Source: Eledone cirrhosa
Lineage: Eukaryota
Reading direction: 5' to 3'
DNA length: 64,000 bases
NCBI GenBank assembly: GCA_964016885.1
Contig: OZ024743.1
Span: 288,300,001-288,364,000, forward strand
Both the position numbers and the translations under genes were made by a program. Positions 1-13,468 of this stretch are shown here, in pieces. Within the stretch, counting starts at the first letter, position 1. Each line of letters opens with the position of its first letter. The notes beneath the pieces are model-generated. The model saw only the letters and a program-made list of their open reading frames with translations. It was not told where the DNA came from and made no database searches.

Positions 1-283
1 CCAGGGAGAAATCGAGCTAACTGTCAGATGGTTCTATTCCCATACACTCCACGGAATATTTGCAGTGAGTGTGGCTTAATTTTCAAGTGGATGGACTGAC
101 CAAACATGGTAAAATGCATGAAAACACACTCCAGTCGGTATTGGCAGGAGACATACAGTTGAAGTGTCACATCTGAGAACGTATCTTCAAAACAAAAGAG
201 GGTCTGAAAAGTCACCTGCATGCACATGACCGTGAAATGTTCAGTGAAGGGATGGCACTCTTCTGACAAAAAGCATAAATCAA
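1..283 (+). mobile_element. 3' end of a degenerate RTE-like LINE with two broken C2H2 zinc fingers, followed by a (TATG)n tail
   Basis: Manual translation gives CSECGLIFK/(frameshift)DGLTKHGKMH and LKCHI*ERIFKTKEGLKSHLHAH, ending just before (TATG)n at 285-374. C-terminal C2H2 fingers plus a microsatellite tail fit RTE-type ORF ends. Confidence 0.55.
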
Positions 284-559
284 CATGTATGTATGTATGT
301 ATGTATGTATGTATGTATGTATGTATGTATGTATGTATGTATGTATGTATGTATGTATGTATGTATGTATGTATGCATATTTATATGTGCCTATGTGTTC
401 GTGTGTTTATAAACGTATCTGGTTATAAATTCATTACGATTTGTAGCCCTTTAAATATAAATGGATATGTGGGTAAAGACGCATATACTTAAAGAGATGG
501 CTTGTAGTGAAAAAAGGGAGACAAAAATACTTAGAGAGAAAGAGAGAGAGAGAGAGAGG

Positions 560-613
<54 letters not shown>

Positions 614-756
614 ATAAGAGAGAAACAGAAAGAGTGGAAAGGAAAAGGAGATGAGGGAGAGTGTGTACAACCCAAACTAAAAGAGAATCTCACCCAAAAT
701 AAATTTTTTAATGGTGGAACGTTGAATTATATTTCGAAAACAAAATAGGTTCATAA

Positions 757-887
<131 letters not shown>

Positions 888-1021
888 CAAAACAAAACAA
901 TTGAAATCTACAAAATGAAAGTACAAAAAAGCATGGTGATAAAGAATATTATGTTCGAGTCTCCCTGGACTATGGATATATGGCTATTTAGGTAATTAGA
1001 TGGATAATTGGCTATAAACAT

Positions 1022-1052
<31 letters not shown>

Positions 1053-1494
1053 CATTCATACAGAGAGAGATTGATAGATAGCTATATAGATAGAGAGATA
1101 TATAGACACATGTATATAGATAGATGGATATATTACAAAGAGTTGTTATGTAGTAGCAGTACATAGTACATACATGTATAAATGATAGGTCCCGAGGAGA
1201 TTAGAAAAATGGGAAATAAGCGAGAAATTGCCTCAGATTATCTCTAAATGAGATTTTGGTATTAGATAGTTTTAATGTTCACTTTGGCACGAGAAAGCGG
1301 CGTAGATAAGTCTGCCAGAATAGAAGTAAAGGCAATTGCGAAGGAATTTATTCCCTCAAGTAAGAAGTAACATATTTATTTATTTATATCTCTGGCTATT
1401 TATTTATTTACCTATTCATTTCTTTCTGTACATCGAAGTAGATCAAAAGAAAGTGAAATTATATAATAAATAAATAAGAAACATCAATAATAAT

Positions 1495-2155
1495 TGTTTC
1501 AACTTTTGGCACAAGGCCAGCAATTATCCCAGTGCATTACTGGTGCTTTATTTTATCGACCCGGTAAGGGTAAAAGGCAAATTTATCTCCGGTGGGATTT
1601 GAACTCACACCGTAAAGGGCCGTAACTCTATGCTGCAAATCATGGTGTCGGACGCGCTACCGATACTGATTCCTGTAGGCACAAGGCCAACAATTTGTGG
1701 GGGAGGGAAAAGTCGATTAAATCGATCTTAGTGCATTACTGATACTTTAATTTATCGACCCCGAAAGGTTGAAAGACAGAGCTAACCACGGTGAAATTTG
1801 AACTCAGAAGGTAAAGGGGCGTAACTATATGCCGAAAGCGTGTTGTTCGATACTAACAACTCTCCCACTTTATTTTATCGCTCCCGTAATAATGAAAGGC
1901 AAACTGAATAATGGTTTCTGATTCAGGCACAAGGCCAACAATTTTGGGGAGGGGAAGGAGAAAGTCGATTAAATCGAACTAAGAGTATTAGTGGTACTTT
2001 ATTTTACCGACCCCGAAAGGATAAAAGGCAAAGTTAACCTCGATTGAATTTGAACTCAGAGCCGTAATTATATGGCGTAAAGGGTGTTGTTCGACGCGCT
2101 AACAATTCCATCACTTTATTCTATTGACCCTGTAAGGATAAAGGGCAAAGCTAAA
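1495..2155 (-). mobile_element. Head-to-tail cluster of 3-4 tRNA-derived SINEs (octopus SINE, MetaSINE-like core)
   Basis: Repeated units ggcacaaggcca...tactttattttatcgaccccgaaagg...aatttgaactcag at ~1508, 1678 and 1926. The minus strand shows a B-box (GAGTTCAAATT) and the core CTTTCATCCTTTCGGGGTCGATAAA. Confidence 0.85.
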
Positions 2156-2309
2156 TAATAATAATAATAATATAAATAATTTCTTCTATTGGCCACAAGG
2201 GCACAAGACCTTTAGGATATTTCAAGAAAAAAAATGAAACAAAAGAAAGTCATGAGTAAGGGAAAATCGAACACTATAACCACTAAGCAACGCATCTTCA
2301 CACACGCAG

Positions 2310-2407
<98 letters not shown>

Positions 2408-2649
2408 ACACACACACACACACAAACACACACATGTTTACAAACCTTAAACAGGTGAATTCAATACAGCATAAAGTTCATATAATTGTATTTATTAAAA
2501 TACTTGATAACCATACTGACGTGGATCAGTGTTTAGCCTCGTTGTTTCTCTACTCATCGCTATTTTGTTCCAATTAATAGTGGGTATGTAAAACTCTATA
2601 CAGCAACAACGATATTGCATATTTTAATAACTACACACCCACATACACG

Positions 2650-2737
<88 letters not shown>
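2650..2737. repeat. (TATC)n microsatellite, 5' flank of the Tx1 element
   Basis: Direct reading. Confidence 0.95.
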
Positions 2738-2966
2738 AGACGTGTGTAACTTCGCGGAGAAGTTTCCGTTAATTTATGTAAGAAAAAAACGCGAGTTTTT
2801 AGTTAAATTTTATATCATTGTGTAACTTGACCCCCCGTCTGAACCTTCAGGTGGTGGGTCAACTCATTTTCGCCCCTACAGGGGTGGAATATCCATTTGA
2901 AAATTTTTTCTCCATTGAATCTTGGAAAAAATATTGTAAAATTTTTCTTCACTAGATACTATAGAG

Positions 2967-4777
2967 ATGGAAAGACAAAATGAAAATGTAAAAACGAATT
3001 CATATCCAAACAACACAAATTACACCAAACAGTTCAATGACAACAAAAATAACAGCAACACCAATAATGATGATAAAAGCAACAATGATAACAACAACAA
3101 AGAAAAAAATAAAGACAACACCAATAACACCAGCATTAAAGACAACAACAATACCAAGGAAAATACGGATAATACCAACATCGGTGACAACAAGAATAAC
3201 AACAACAATAACAACAATAATGACAACACCACCAATACGGATTCCACAAAGAAACCAAAAATCTCCTTTGCAGAGAAAGTTAAAAAAAAGGAAGAATTGA
3301 TATATCTCGACATAACAAATGCTGAACAACTTTTAAAGGACGCTAGGAGATATGTCACTTTCGATAAAAATGGTGCTTTCAGCATCAATTCTCCGGTAGA
3401 AATTCGCAAGGAAACTGCTCTCAAAACGATAGTTTTTAGGACAGTTTCCAATTCTACCCGAAAACCAGTTCAATTGTCACAGAAAGAAATTGAACTGGTT
3501 TTCAAAAATCAATGAATGATATTGCATTCATTCAAAGAAGCACACTTTTTGGGAGTATTTCGGTACTCATGAAGGATCAATTGACGGCCCAAAATTACTC
3601 TGTGTCGCCAATTGTATCCAACCTGTACACCTTTTTCCCTACATACATGGGAAAAAGGACACAAAAGATCAGAATCACGAGTGTCACACCAAAGGTGAAC
3701 ATATGGTGGATAATGTGCGGCTTCATCAATTTTGATGAAGACAGAATACTGTCAGTAGGCAAGTCCCCCAGAGATGTATTCAATGGGACTAGCATTGAAG
3801 TTCTGGTGCAAATGAGCCGAGAGCGAATAGCTATGATCCCACAGCGTGTACTCCTGGACGGACTCACCTACATAAACTTTTCGGTTGAGGGTAGGCGGCC
3901 TTCATGTTACGATTGCTTTAGCAGGGGTCACCTGCGGGCTTCCTGTCCTAAATTAATGAACCAAAAAAAGGCTCTTCTGCCGACACCCATAAAAACAACA
4001 CAACCACCAACACCACAACAACAACAACACCAACACACAAAAATGACCACAACAAACACAGTCCCACCCAACCCCACTCCACCTAAAACCACTGCAAAAT
4101 CACATACAGACACAACAGCTCCCCAAGACATACCCCTCCCCAATCACACAGACGATACAATAGATGAGGCTATCTCGCCATCACCCAATGAAGACGAGGG
4201 AGAACCCCATCGCTCGAAAAGAAGGAAAAGACATCACAAAAGCAAAAAACCAGCAAACACTACCACAAACATACAACCACCAACACAAACAACAAAAACA
4301 TCACAAACAAAACCCCCACCTCCTGAAAACAAAATACCTACAACAAAACGAAAGCACACACAAGAACTACAGACAAAAACAAACACAACACAAGAAAATT
4401 ACACTTACACTTACATAAACACTGAAAACAAAACACTAATGGAGATCATCACGAACGACCCTACCGAAGGGAAAACTTTCGCCGACTCTATTAAAAATAG
4501 CCAAAAACTTAACCTAAAACTGATTAGGGTCCCTATACAAACTTATAGGTCCCTAAAAGAAACATTTGAGAAGGATGTGGGGAATTCCTGCGTGAAACCA
4601 CTCAACCGCGTCCTTCTCAAATGTTTCCCGACCCCAGATACCCCCATCCCACCAGACTCCACCCCACCAAACATCTCCGTCCCCACCCCGCCGGAAACCA
4701 CCACCCATCCAGACAACCCCTCCAACACCCCCATGGAAATCGTGCGGCCTGGTCCCCAGGAGACGAAGGGTGAGTGA
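2967..4777 (+). pseudogene. Tx1 ORF1 (gag-like, zinc knuckle), split by one frameshift near 3512
   Basis: ORFs 2967-3515 (Asn-rich, SFAEKVK) and 3512-4777 overlap by 4 nt. CYDCFSRGHLRASC is a CX2CX4HX4C knuckle, followed by a Pro/Thr-rich tail. Confidence 0.8.
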
Positions 4778-4810
4778 TCTCTTTTCCTCTTCTAACTTTT
4801 CAGCACCAAC

Positions 4811-7800
4811 ATGGCCAATATAAGAGTTGGATGTGTGAACATACGCGGCCTGGGGATGCCCTGGAAACAGGGCAAACTCTTAAACGACCTCAGGTCGCAC
4901 AGTATGGATGTGGTAGCCATTTGCGAGTCCAGAATCCACGGCGAGCGACATCTGGCCCCCATCTTCGATGACTTTGAGATCTACGCATCTCTCTGTCAAC
5001 CGGGGGGTGGGGGCGGAGTTGCCGTTTTGCTGCGGAAACACCTGGGACTCGTAACACAGACGATACATCTGGACCCGGAGGGTCGACTGGTGGTCCTAGA
5101 CGTTGACGGTAGTGAAAGTGGAGCCTTCAGGCTGGTGGCCGCATATGCCCCATCCGGGACACCGCGGCCAGACTTCTTCAAACGTCTAGAGACTTTTCTG
5201 GGAACGTCCCGCTCCTTGCTTTTAGTGGGGGACTGGAATGGAATCCTAGATGCACGTTGGGACTATGTGGGAGCATGTCCCGATAAAGCGGAGGGGGTGT
5301 AACAGCCTCAAACAGTTAATCGACCGATTTGACTTGGCCGATAGATATCGACTAGATTTTCCGACTGCGCCACTGTGGACGTGAACTAATCGTAGCGGAA
5401 CATCTAGATCGTACCTAGATAGGTTTCTAGTTAGAAATAAGGATAGGGACATGTTAAGCTGTCCACAAATGTTCATGGTTGCCTATTCAGATCACAAACA
5501 TGGCCAACCTTGATAGAACCCATAAACAAGGACCCGGCTACTGGAAGCTGAACTTGTCGTTACCGACAAGCAAAGCCTACAGTAGACGGATTAGCACTTT
5601 AGTTAAACAGCACTTGACAGGGGCCATTGTCAACGACAGATGGTGGTACTCTCTGAAGAGGGCAGTTAGATTAGACTCGATAGTTTTTAGTAAAGAATTA
5701 GCGTTAGATAGAAATAGAACCGAGAAGGAACTGGTAGATAAAGTAGAAGAGGCAATTAGAAGTGGCAACGTAGCCAGTGTGCTAGCAACGAGAACGGCCT
5801 TGGACCAGTTCTTCGACGCAAAGCACGAGGGCTGCGTTGTCAGAAGCAAAATACGTGCTCTGGGAAACGAGAGAGCCAAAGCTGTTAGCTGGGCCCGAGT
5901 GACGGAGGCAAAAAGTGGCAACAAGTCCACGATTCGGTCTTTGAAGGACCAAAACGGACGCGTGATACGTGAGCCGAAGCAGATGTGTGCGACCTTTCAG
6001 CGGCACTTTGCTCAGCTGTTCGGGGGGGGGGGGGCGGAAGAGGCTATGGATTCTCGGTCCATACCTCGACGGCCTACCGCGACTCTCGGACAGCGAGGCA
6101 AGGTTCTGCGAAAAGCCGATTTCAGCCACTGAGATAGGGGACACGCTGAGCCAATGCGGCAAACGCAAATCTCCAGGTCTCGACGGTCTACCCTACGAAT
6201 TTTACGTAGCAATGCGGGACTTATTCTCCGGTCTCCTGGAAGCGGTCTACTGCAAATGGCTACAGAACGGGAGAATTCCCAGTTCTGTAACCGGGGGCGT
6301 GGTCACACTAATCAGGAAGGAAGAGAATAAGGGGGATGACATAGGCAACTTCCGGCCCATAACTCTGCTAAACACAGAGTTACAGATTTTGGCCAAGGTG
6401 TTGGCAAAGAGGCTGGCGCTTGTCGTCGAGAACCTGGTGGGAGAAGCGCAGACATGCGCAATCCCGACCAGGTCCATACACGACAACATCCACCTCATGC
6501 GATACATCATAGAGAGGGTAGGGTGTAAACCCGGCTTCGGTGGGGCCCTGATCAACTTGGATCAGTCTAAGGCTTTCGATAGGGTTGACCATCGTTACCT
6601 GGATGCGGTGCTCGAGGCGGCAGGCTTCGGACCCATGTTCAGGGGCTGGATTGCTGCAATGCACAACAGCAACATCTGCTCAAGGGTCAAGGTGAACGGC
6701 TACCTCTCGGAGCCGTTCCATATTACGCGATCCATTCGACAGGGATGCCCTCTCTCCTTCCTTCTGTACGTACTGACTCTTGAGCTATACTGCGGAAGCT
6801 GGAGCTATTGCAGGGCATCCCTCTGGAACCGGGACTGAGGAAAGCGGCGTCGGCCTACGCCGACGACTTGACAGTAATGGTGTCGAGCGCCTCGCAAATC
6901 GAGGAAGTCGGCACCTTACTGAAGGAATACGAAAGTCTCACAGGAGCGAAGCTGAACCGGGACAAGTCCATCGGTTTGCAACTCGGATCGTGGAGAGGAA
7001 AACCGATGCCTTCCGATGGCGTCGTCGGACGCTGGACGGAAAGACCGGTAAAGCTGCTCGGAGTCTGGTTTGGTCCGGACCTCCAGGTGAAGAAGAACTG
7101 GAACGAAGTGACGGCCAAGGTGTTTGCACTCACCCAGAAATGGGCCGAGTGCAAACTATCCTTGAAAGGTCGAGCGGAGGTGGCGAACACTTTTATAGCG
7201 TCCGCCATCTACTACCGCTTGACCGTCGTGCCTTGTCCAGCCAAAACGCTCGCCAAAATGGAATGCGCGCTCTTCCAATTCCTTTGGAAGAGGCGGGCTC
7301 CTTTGGTGAGAAGATCCATCTGCTGCCAACACCCTTCTAACGGAGGGCTGGGGATGCCGTGGTTTATGATGCGCAAACACGCGCTCAGGCTGCGGCATCT
7401 CTACGTATTCCTCACCGGACAACCGGTGTGGGCCCCGTTCGTGAGGCGAGCCTTCCCACGACTCGTCTCGCTGACCGAGCTGCAGTCCTGGGTCAAGCAA
7501 AGACCGAGGAAAATGGGCGACTGGCATATCGAATGTGCTCAGGCGCTCACGGCCCTCTGGCAGGCGGACCCGGCGATCAGTGGAGACTCCACTTCGTCAT
7601 TCTATAGGGGTTTGTCCGCACGCATTCATACACTGCCCAGGCGTCACTGACCTGTGGGGCTATGTAGAACGACTATTGTCGCGGGTGGGACCAATCGAGT
7701 TGACCACGGAGTTCATTGTCATGATCAAACCGCCACCCTCCTTCAAAAACGAAGGAGAGGCGGTTTTCTTTTGTGTGATAGCTATGGCGAAAGAGGTTGT

Positions 7801-7999
7801 ATGGTGGACAAGGTTGAAAGGGCTGAGGTCAAGCACCTTTCTCTCCGGCCAACAACTGATTCTTTTTTTCAAATACCACTTTGGAAGAAGAATCAGGATG
7901 GAGAGAGAGGTGCTGTACCCCAGCAAGTTTTATGAAAGGTGGGTGAAAGTGGCGAGAATGGCCCCAGTGAATGGGCCTTCTCTCTATATCAGCCTGTAG
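4811..7999 (+). pseudogene. Tx1 ORF2 (APE endonuclease + reverse transcriptase), several frameshifts/stops and a ~240-bp deletion in the C-terminal zinc finger
   Basis: Motifs NIRGL, GVAVL, YAP, GDWN, GPGYWKLN, KSPGLDGLP, FRPITLLN, DQSKAFDRVDH, RQGCPLS, AYADD, GGLG across ORFs at 4811, 5479, 5969, 6808 and 7535. Confidence 0.92.
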
Positions 8000-8238
8000 G
8001 TTGAGGAAAAGGAGGAGGAGAGGAAAGGAGTACAAACTCTTCGTACTCCTGGAGATGAGGGTTGCACATTTTTTTTTCGGGGGTATGTGTTACCCATATA
8101 AACTGTCTCCCTCTATTGGGGAAAATTGACTAACTTTTTAAATTCCATTTGTGATAACATTTTACACGTTTTTATTGTATGTAAACTTCCCCCTTTGTAT
8201 TTGTCCCCTCCTGTTGTGCCCCTGTGGCTAATAAAGAA

Positions 8239-8268
<30 letters not shown>

Positions 8269-8270
<2 letters not shown>

Positions 8271-9180
8271 CACAGCCCTCTGGCAGGTGGACCCGGCGAT
8301 CAGTGGAGACTCCACTTCGTCATTCTATAGAGGGTTGATCTGCAGCAAGTGCGACGACGCGCTCGGAGAAACTCTAGGCGTAGAGGAAGACGAACTGGCC
8401 AGTCTGTTCGGTAGGACCTTCCACCTGGGACTGATGGACAATTTCCAAAAGTCCCTGGCCTGGCAGTGTCACAGAGGAGCTCTACCAGTTCGAGATAAGC
8501 TCTACAGACATGGGCGCCCGGGCAGGGACCCTTCTAAAAAGATCTGTCCGAGATGCGTGCGAGACGAAGAAACCGTCGCGCACGCATTCATACACTGCCT
8601 GGGCATTACCGACCTTTGGGGCTATGTAGAACGACTATTGTCGCGGGTGGGACCAATCGAGTTGACCACGGAGTCCATTGTCATGATCAAACCACCATCC
8701 TCCTTCAAAAACGAAGGAGAGGCGGTTTTCCTTTGTGTAGCAGCTATGACGAAAGAGGTTGTATGGTGGACAAGGTTAAAAGGGCTGAGGTCAGACACCT
8801 TTCTCTCCGGCCAACAACTGATTCTTTTTTCCAAATACCACTTTGGAAGGAGAATCAGGATGGAGAGAGAGGTGCTGTACCCCATAAAGTTTTATGAAAT
8901 GTGGGTGAAAGTGGCGATAATGGCCCGAATGAATGGGCCTTCTCTCTATAACTGCCTATATGTTGAGGAAAAAGAGGAAGAGAGGAAAGGGGTACAAACT
9001 CTTCGTACTCCTGGAGATGAGGGTTGCACATATTTTCGGGGGTATGTGTTACCCATATGAAATGTCTCCCCCTATTGGGGAAAATCGATTAATTTTTAAA
9101 TTGCATTTGTGATAGTATTTTACACGTTTGTATTGTATGTAAACTTCCCCCTTCTTTTGTGCCCTTGTGGCTAATAAAGA
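8269..9180 (+). mobile_element. 5'-truncated second copy of the same Tx1 family, inside the (TATC)n at the 3' end of copy 1
   Basis: Closely repeats 7545-8238. Contains the CPRC...ETVAHAFIHC zinc finger and ends AATAAAGA + (TATC)n. Confidence 0.9.
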
Positions 9181-9207
9181 CATTTATCTATCTATCTATT
9201 TAACTAT

Positions 9208-9254
<47 letters not shown>

Positions 9255-9382
9255 ATATATATATATATATATATAGGTGTGCGTATGTGTTTGTGTGTGT
9301 GTGTCATAGAAATTTAGATCAATATAATTGTTTCTACTTTTTTGGCACAAGGCCAGCAATAGCCCAGTACATTACTGGTACT

Positions 9383-10152
9383 TTATTTAGACCAATATAA
9401 TGGTTAATAATCAGAAGCCTACGCATTTCAACCTCGACTTCGTCGTCCACAACTACGCGATGAAAACCGTATCAGAGCAAACTCTTAAACGATAAATGTC
9501 AATGGAGCGGCATTACCTGAATATTACATACCAAGACCGAAAATTAAAGACAAACAATTAGTTTAACAGTTAAATATAGAAACGTTAAAATTCTTACGTT
9601 TCAAAATCACCAGGGGTGAACAGTTTCAAAAAATATACTATTTACAATTATTATAAATCGGTAATCAAAAGAGTTGGTACCATGGAGCTTGTGGGCTGGC
9701 TGTCCTAAAGGTAACCGAAAAATTCAACCATCCCCAAAAGCTGTTCAAATCAAATCTTGCTACACCTCGCGCGTCGCCAGCTCGACAGGTGTCAAATCTT
9801 TAACAGCATGCCAGGCTAACTATCAAGTTTAAAGAGAACATGCTAAAAATAGAAGCACCTCGCTCGCCAATCTAAGCACTGAATTGATCATATAAAATTA
9901 TTGGTAGTAAACTAGAATAAGATTTAGATCAATATAATGGTAGATGCTCATAAGTCTACGAAATCATTTCGAGCTATTATCCACAACCGATCAATGATAA
10001 CAGATGAGAAAATACAGGCTTGTCAGGACAAACTGTTAAACGATAAATGTCATGAAGATCATTACACGAATATAATTTAACAATGCGGCAAATCAGAGAA
10101 ATCATATAGTTTAACAGAGAAACGTTAAATTACTTACATTTCCAAATCACCT
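9383..10152. repeat. Two diverged ~230-bp direct repeats (9383-9612 and 9921-10152)
   Basis: Shared blocks atttaga(c/t)caatataatggt, ttaaacgataaatgtca, tagtttaacag, gaaacgttaaa..cttac..ttcaaatcacc. Confidence 0.6.
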
Positions 10153-10190
10153 ACTGCATATACATATATACAGAGAGAGAGAGAGAGAGG

Positions 10191-10248
<58 letters not shown>

Positions 10249-10436
10249 AGGGAGAAAGAGGGAAGGGAGAGAGAGAGAGTATGTGGTGCTAAGACCGGAG
10301 AGACCTCTAATCATGGGGAGAGTGGGTATAGGTAAAATCCTGACCGCGGCGTCAAGTGGTCGGGGTTTTACCTCTCTCTCTGTATATATATATATACAGT
10401 GCGTTATAATTTGCTTGAAGCATTGTGGAATATTGA

Positions 10437-10891
10437 AATGAAAAGTGGATAGGCTTAAGAAGCCGTGCAATGCAAGTGTGTTTGAAGTACCAAGATCACA
10501 AGTCAAAAGGGAATTGACAAAGGTGAGGTAGGAAGTAAAATGTGGGAGAAGTAGGAAAATAAAAGGACAAGAATGACTGATTGTTACCTTAGTAATTTAT
10601 TAATCCTAATATTAAGCATTTACCATCCATTATCAAGGGGTAAAGTAGGAGGAAACCTTAGGGACATCAGAGACTGTCTTTCCTGGTCGCTGTTTATTAA
10701 AGGATAGTAAATCCGAAATAATGAGATTAATAGATTATTAAGGTAACAATCAGTCATCATTGTTCTTTTATTTTCCTCTTTCTTCCACTTTTGTTTTCTA
10801 CCTCACTTTTTCCAATTCCCTTCCGAATTGTTCCTTTGGTATTTCAAACCCACCTGTATTATACGACTCCATAAACATACACAATTTTCAT
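10437..10891. repeat. Degenerate fold-back element (~165-bp inverted arms)
   Basis: atgactgattgttacctta (10572-10590) is the reverse complement of taaggtaacaatcagtcat (10739-10757). Similarity extends outward to atgaaaa/ttttcat. Confidence 0.75.
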
Positions 10892-12099
10892 ATCTATATA
10901 TATATATAAATATATATATACATATGTGTGTGTGTGAGTGTGTGTGGGAAAGTAACTAGTTGTGATACACAGGCACGGCGTTCTCTTGCAATTGCAAAAA
11001 TAAACTATCATGTTGACCAAGTAGGCTTGACTTGTTCCATGAATGACCGTTTACAACTTCTACTACTGCAAATTCTGTGGTAATGTCTTGGTTCAAGTAA
11101 ACTTGAAAGTTCAACCCTTTCAGTACTACCTACCTAAAAATTCTTCTCATCACTAATTTGCATGTTAGATGATCACTAAAGGAGCCGTTGCCATAAATAT
11201 ATTGTCAAATTTCGTTACCGTTAGCTAGGTTTAGTAGAGGTCTTCCTTTACTTCATGCCTTAGATTACACATGTTAAATTTGAGAAACTTCTTGTTTATC
11301 AATAAATAAAGTTCGATGTCATAGTTATCAATCGAACAGTGAAAACCTCGGCGAGTGAAGCTGTTAACTTTAACATATATTTTAAAGAAGAGTGAAGAAG
11401 TGAAATGAAATTTGAATGTCATCTATGCTTGTTTCTCAGTGTAAATGTCGGACGCCAGAGAAACAAACTTGCTACAACCTAGAATTGAAACCAGGCCATG
11501 GTCTCAATATTTCGTATGCTTCACGAATGCTTCGTTTCTCTCCTATATGTATGATAGACTTAATATAAATTGGTGTTACATGGAGCTAACGAGAATTTGA
11601 AAATAACTATATTGCTATGAACAGAATCTAAAAGAAAAAGAAGATAAGAGAAAATAGAGGTAGATAGTTAATAAGATAGAATTAAATAAAGATGAGAAAG
11701 AAACGTAAGGGTTAAATAGGAGAAATAAGGTGAGTAATAATGGAATAGAAATATTGGTTGGTGAAGTCAGTGGTCGAGAGCAGAAATGGTGTTATAGAAA
11801 TAAAGAGATGCGATATAAGTCAATAGAAAGAAATGCAAGCTTGTCGTGACAAATTTATCTGACAAGGGAGATAGGAAAACAATAATAAGGAAAAGAAAAA
11901 GAAAAAAAGAAAGAGGAAGCAAATTTTGGTAAGCTTGCTTTAGCTAAATTTGCAATATCTATCTTGATGTTCATGTTGTTGTTTTTGTTATTACTATTGT
12001 AATCGATGATGATGGCGAAGGTGACAGCGATGATTGAAGTAGTGGTGGTGGTGATGGCTGTTGTTGTTGTTGTGGGTTATGGTGATAGTAGTAGCGATA

Positions 12100-12131
<32 letters not shown>

Positions 12132-12466
12132 AATGATGATTGCAATGATTATAGTGGTTTGTGTTGGTGGTGTTTTTCGAGTAGAAAGTTGCCACCCGTT
12201 GGGAGATCAAGTAATATTATAATAATGAACTAATTGTAGAAGCTTCATATAGAATCAGCTGCCGGTCGCATAGTCTACTGAACGAAAATTGTAATCACGT
12301 TGTTATGTCCAAGGTGAGAAATTGGTCAGCTTAGATCAAAGAATGGCCTTATAGGAAGCAATGGTCGTAATGTAATAACGTGCCACTTATATAGCAATCC
12401 ATTTTCACACGCTACTGGTATAGATTTACTCTTCTTACTTGCTTGCATACCCGTTTGATCAAGCAC

Positions 12467-12540
<74 letters not shown>

Positions 12541-12625
12541 CTCTCTATATATATATTATATATTTATTTATTTATGTATTTATTTACCAGACTGTCTCTA
12601 GTTTTACTTCCATCTCCCTTTCAAT

Positions 12626-12747
<122 letters not shown>

Positions 12748-13032
12748 TATTATATGTGTGTATATAAATATGACATTTTTTTAAAGCGAACAAGAAATCA
12801 ACATTAGTTGTAAAGTATAATTGTGTTTATTAAGCTGATACCTTCTTTTGTTAATTTATGTTTCGTCAATACATCACCGATCAGAGGGCGTTACTGCACT
12901 ATAATGGCAAACATCGTTTCCACGCAGAATAACTAAACCTAGGACTTCATGAAGGGTAGTACTTAACCATTTGGCAGTATATACATACTTAGACCCTTAC
13001 ACACACACACGCGCACACACACACACACACAC

Positions 13033-13118
<86 letters not shown>

Positions 13119-13226
13119 GTATATATATATATAGTAATAATAATAAATTTGAAGACTAAAATCCAAAGAGGGTTCGATAAGGATAAATATATATCAAATA
13201 TATAAGAACATTAGAGCAGATATTTA

Positions 13227-13388
13227 TTAAAATAACAGATTAAAGTTTAAGCAAAGAATCGCTGCTTTCACCCTTAACGGATCTTCTGAAACTAAAAAAA
13301 ATCAATGGGATTGATTTTTTTAATTTCAGAAGATCCCGTTAAGGGTGAAAGCAGCGATTCTTTGCTTAAACTTTAATCTGTTATTTAA
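13227..13388. repeat. Near-perfect 160-bp palindrome beside (TA)n with an HHR-like motif (core CAGAAGA)
   Basis: Arms are reverse complements around caatgggattg. The right arm reads TTT-CAGAAGA-tCCCgttaaGGGt-GAAA-GCAG...TTGCT-T-AAA. Confidence 0.8.

Positions 13389-13462
<74 letters not shown>

Positions 13463-13468
<6 letters not shown>

Larger units (their letters stand above)
2737..8238 (+). mobile_element. Near full-length Tx1-clade (L1 group) non-LTR retrotransposon in (TATC)n
   Basis: Starts CAGACGTGTG right after (TATC)n. Has ORF1 with a CCHC knuckle and ORF2 with APE endonuclease and RT. Ends at AATAAAGA directly followed by (TATC)n. Confidence 0.9.

Noticed and set aside
55-265. Host C2H2 zinc-finger gene
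   Set aside because: Has a frameshift and a stop, lacks TGEKP linkers, and ends in a microsatellite tail; better explained as a LINE end
2820-2890. Ribozyme in the Tx1 5' UTR hairpins
   Set aside because: Two hairpins are visible, but I could not build an HDV-like pseudoknot or hammerhead core
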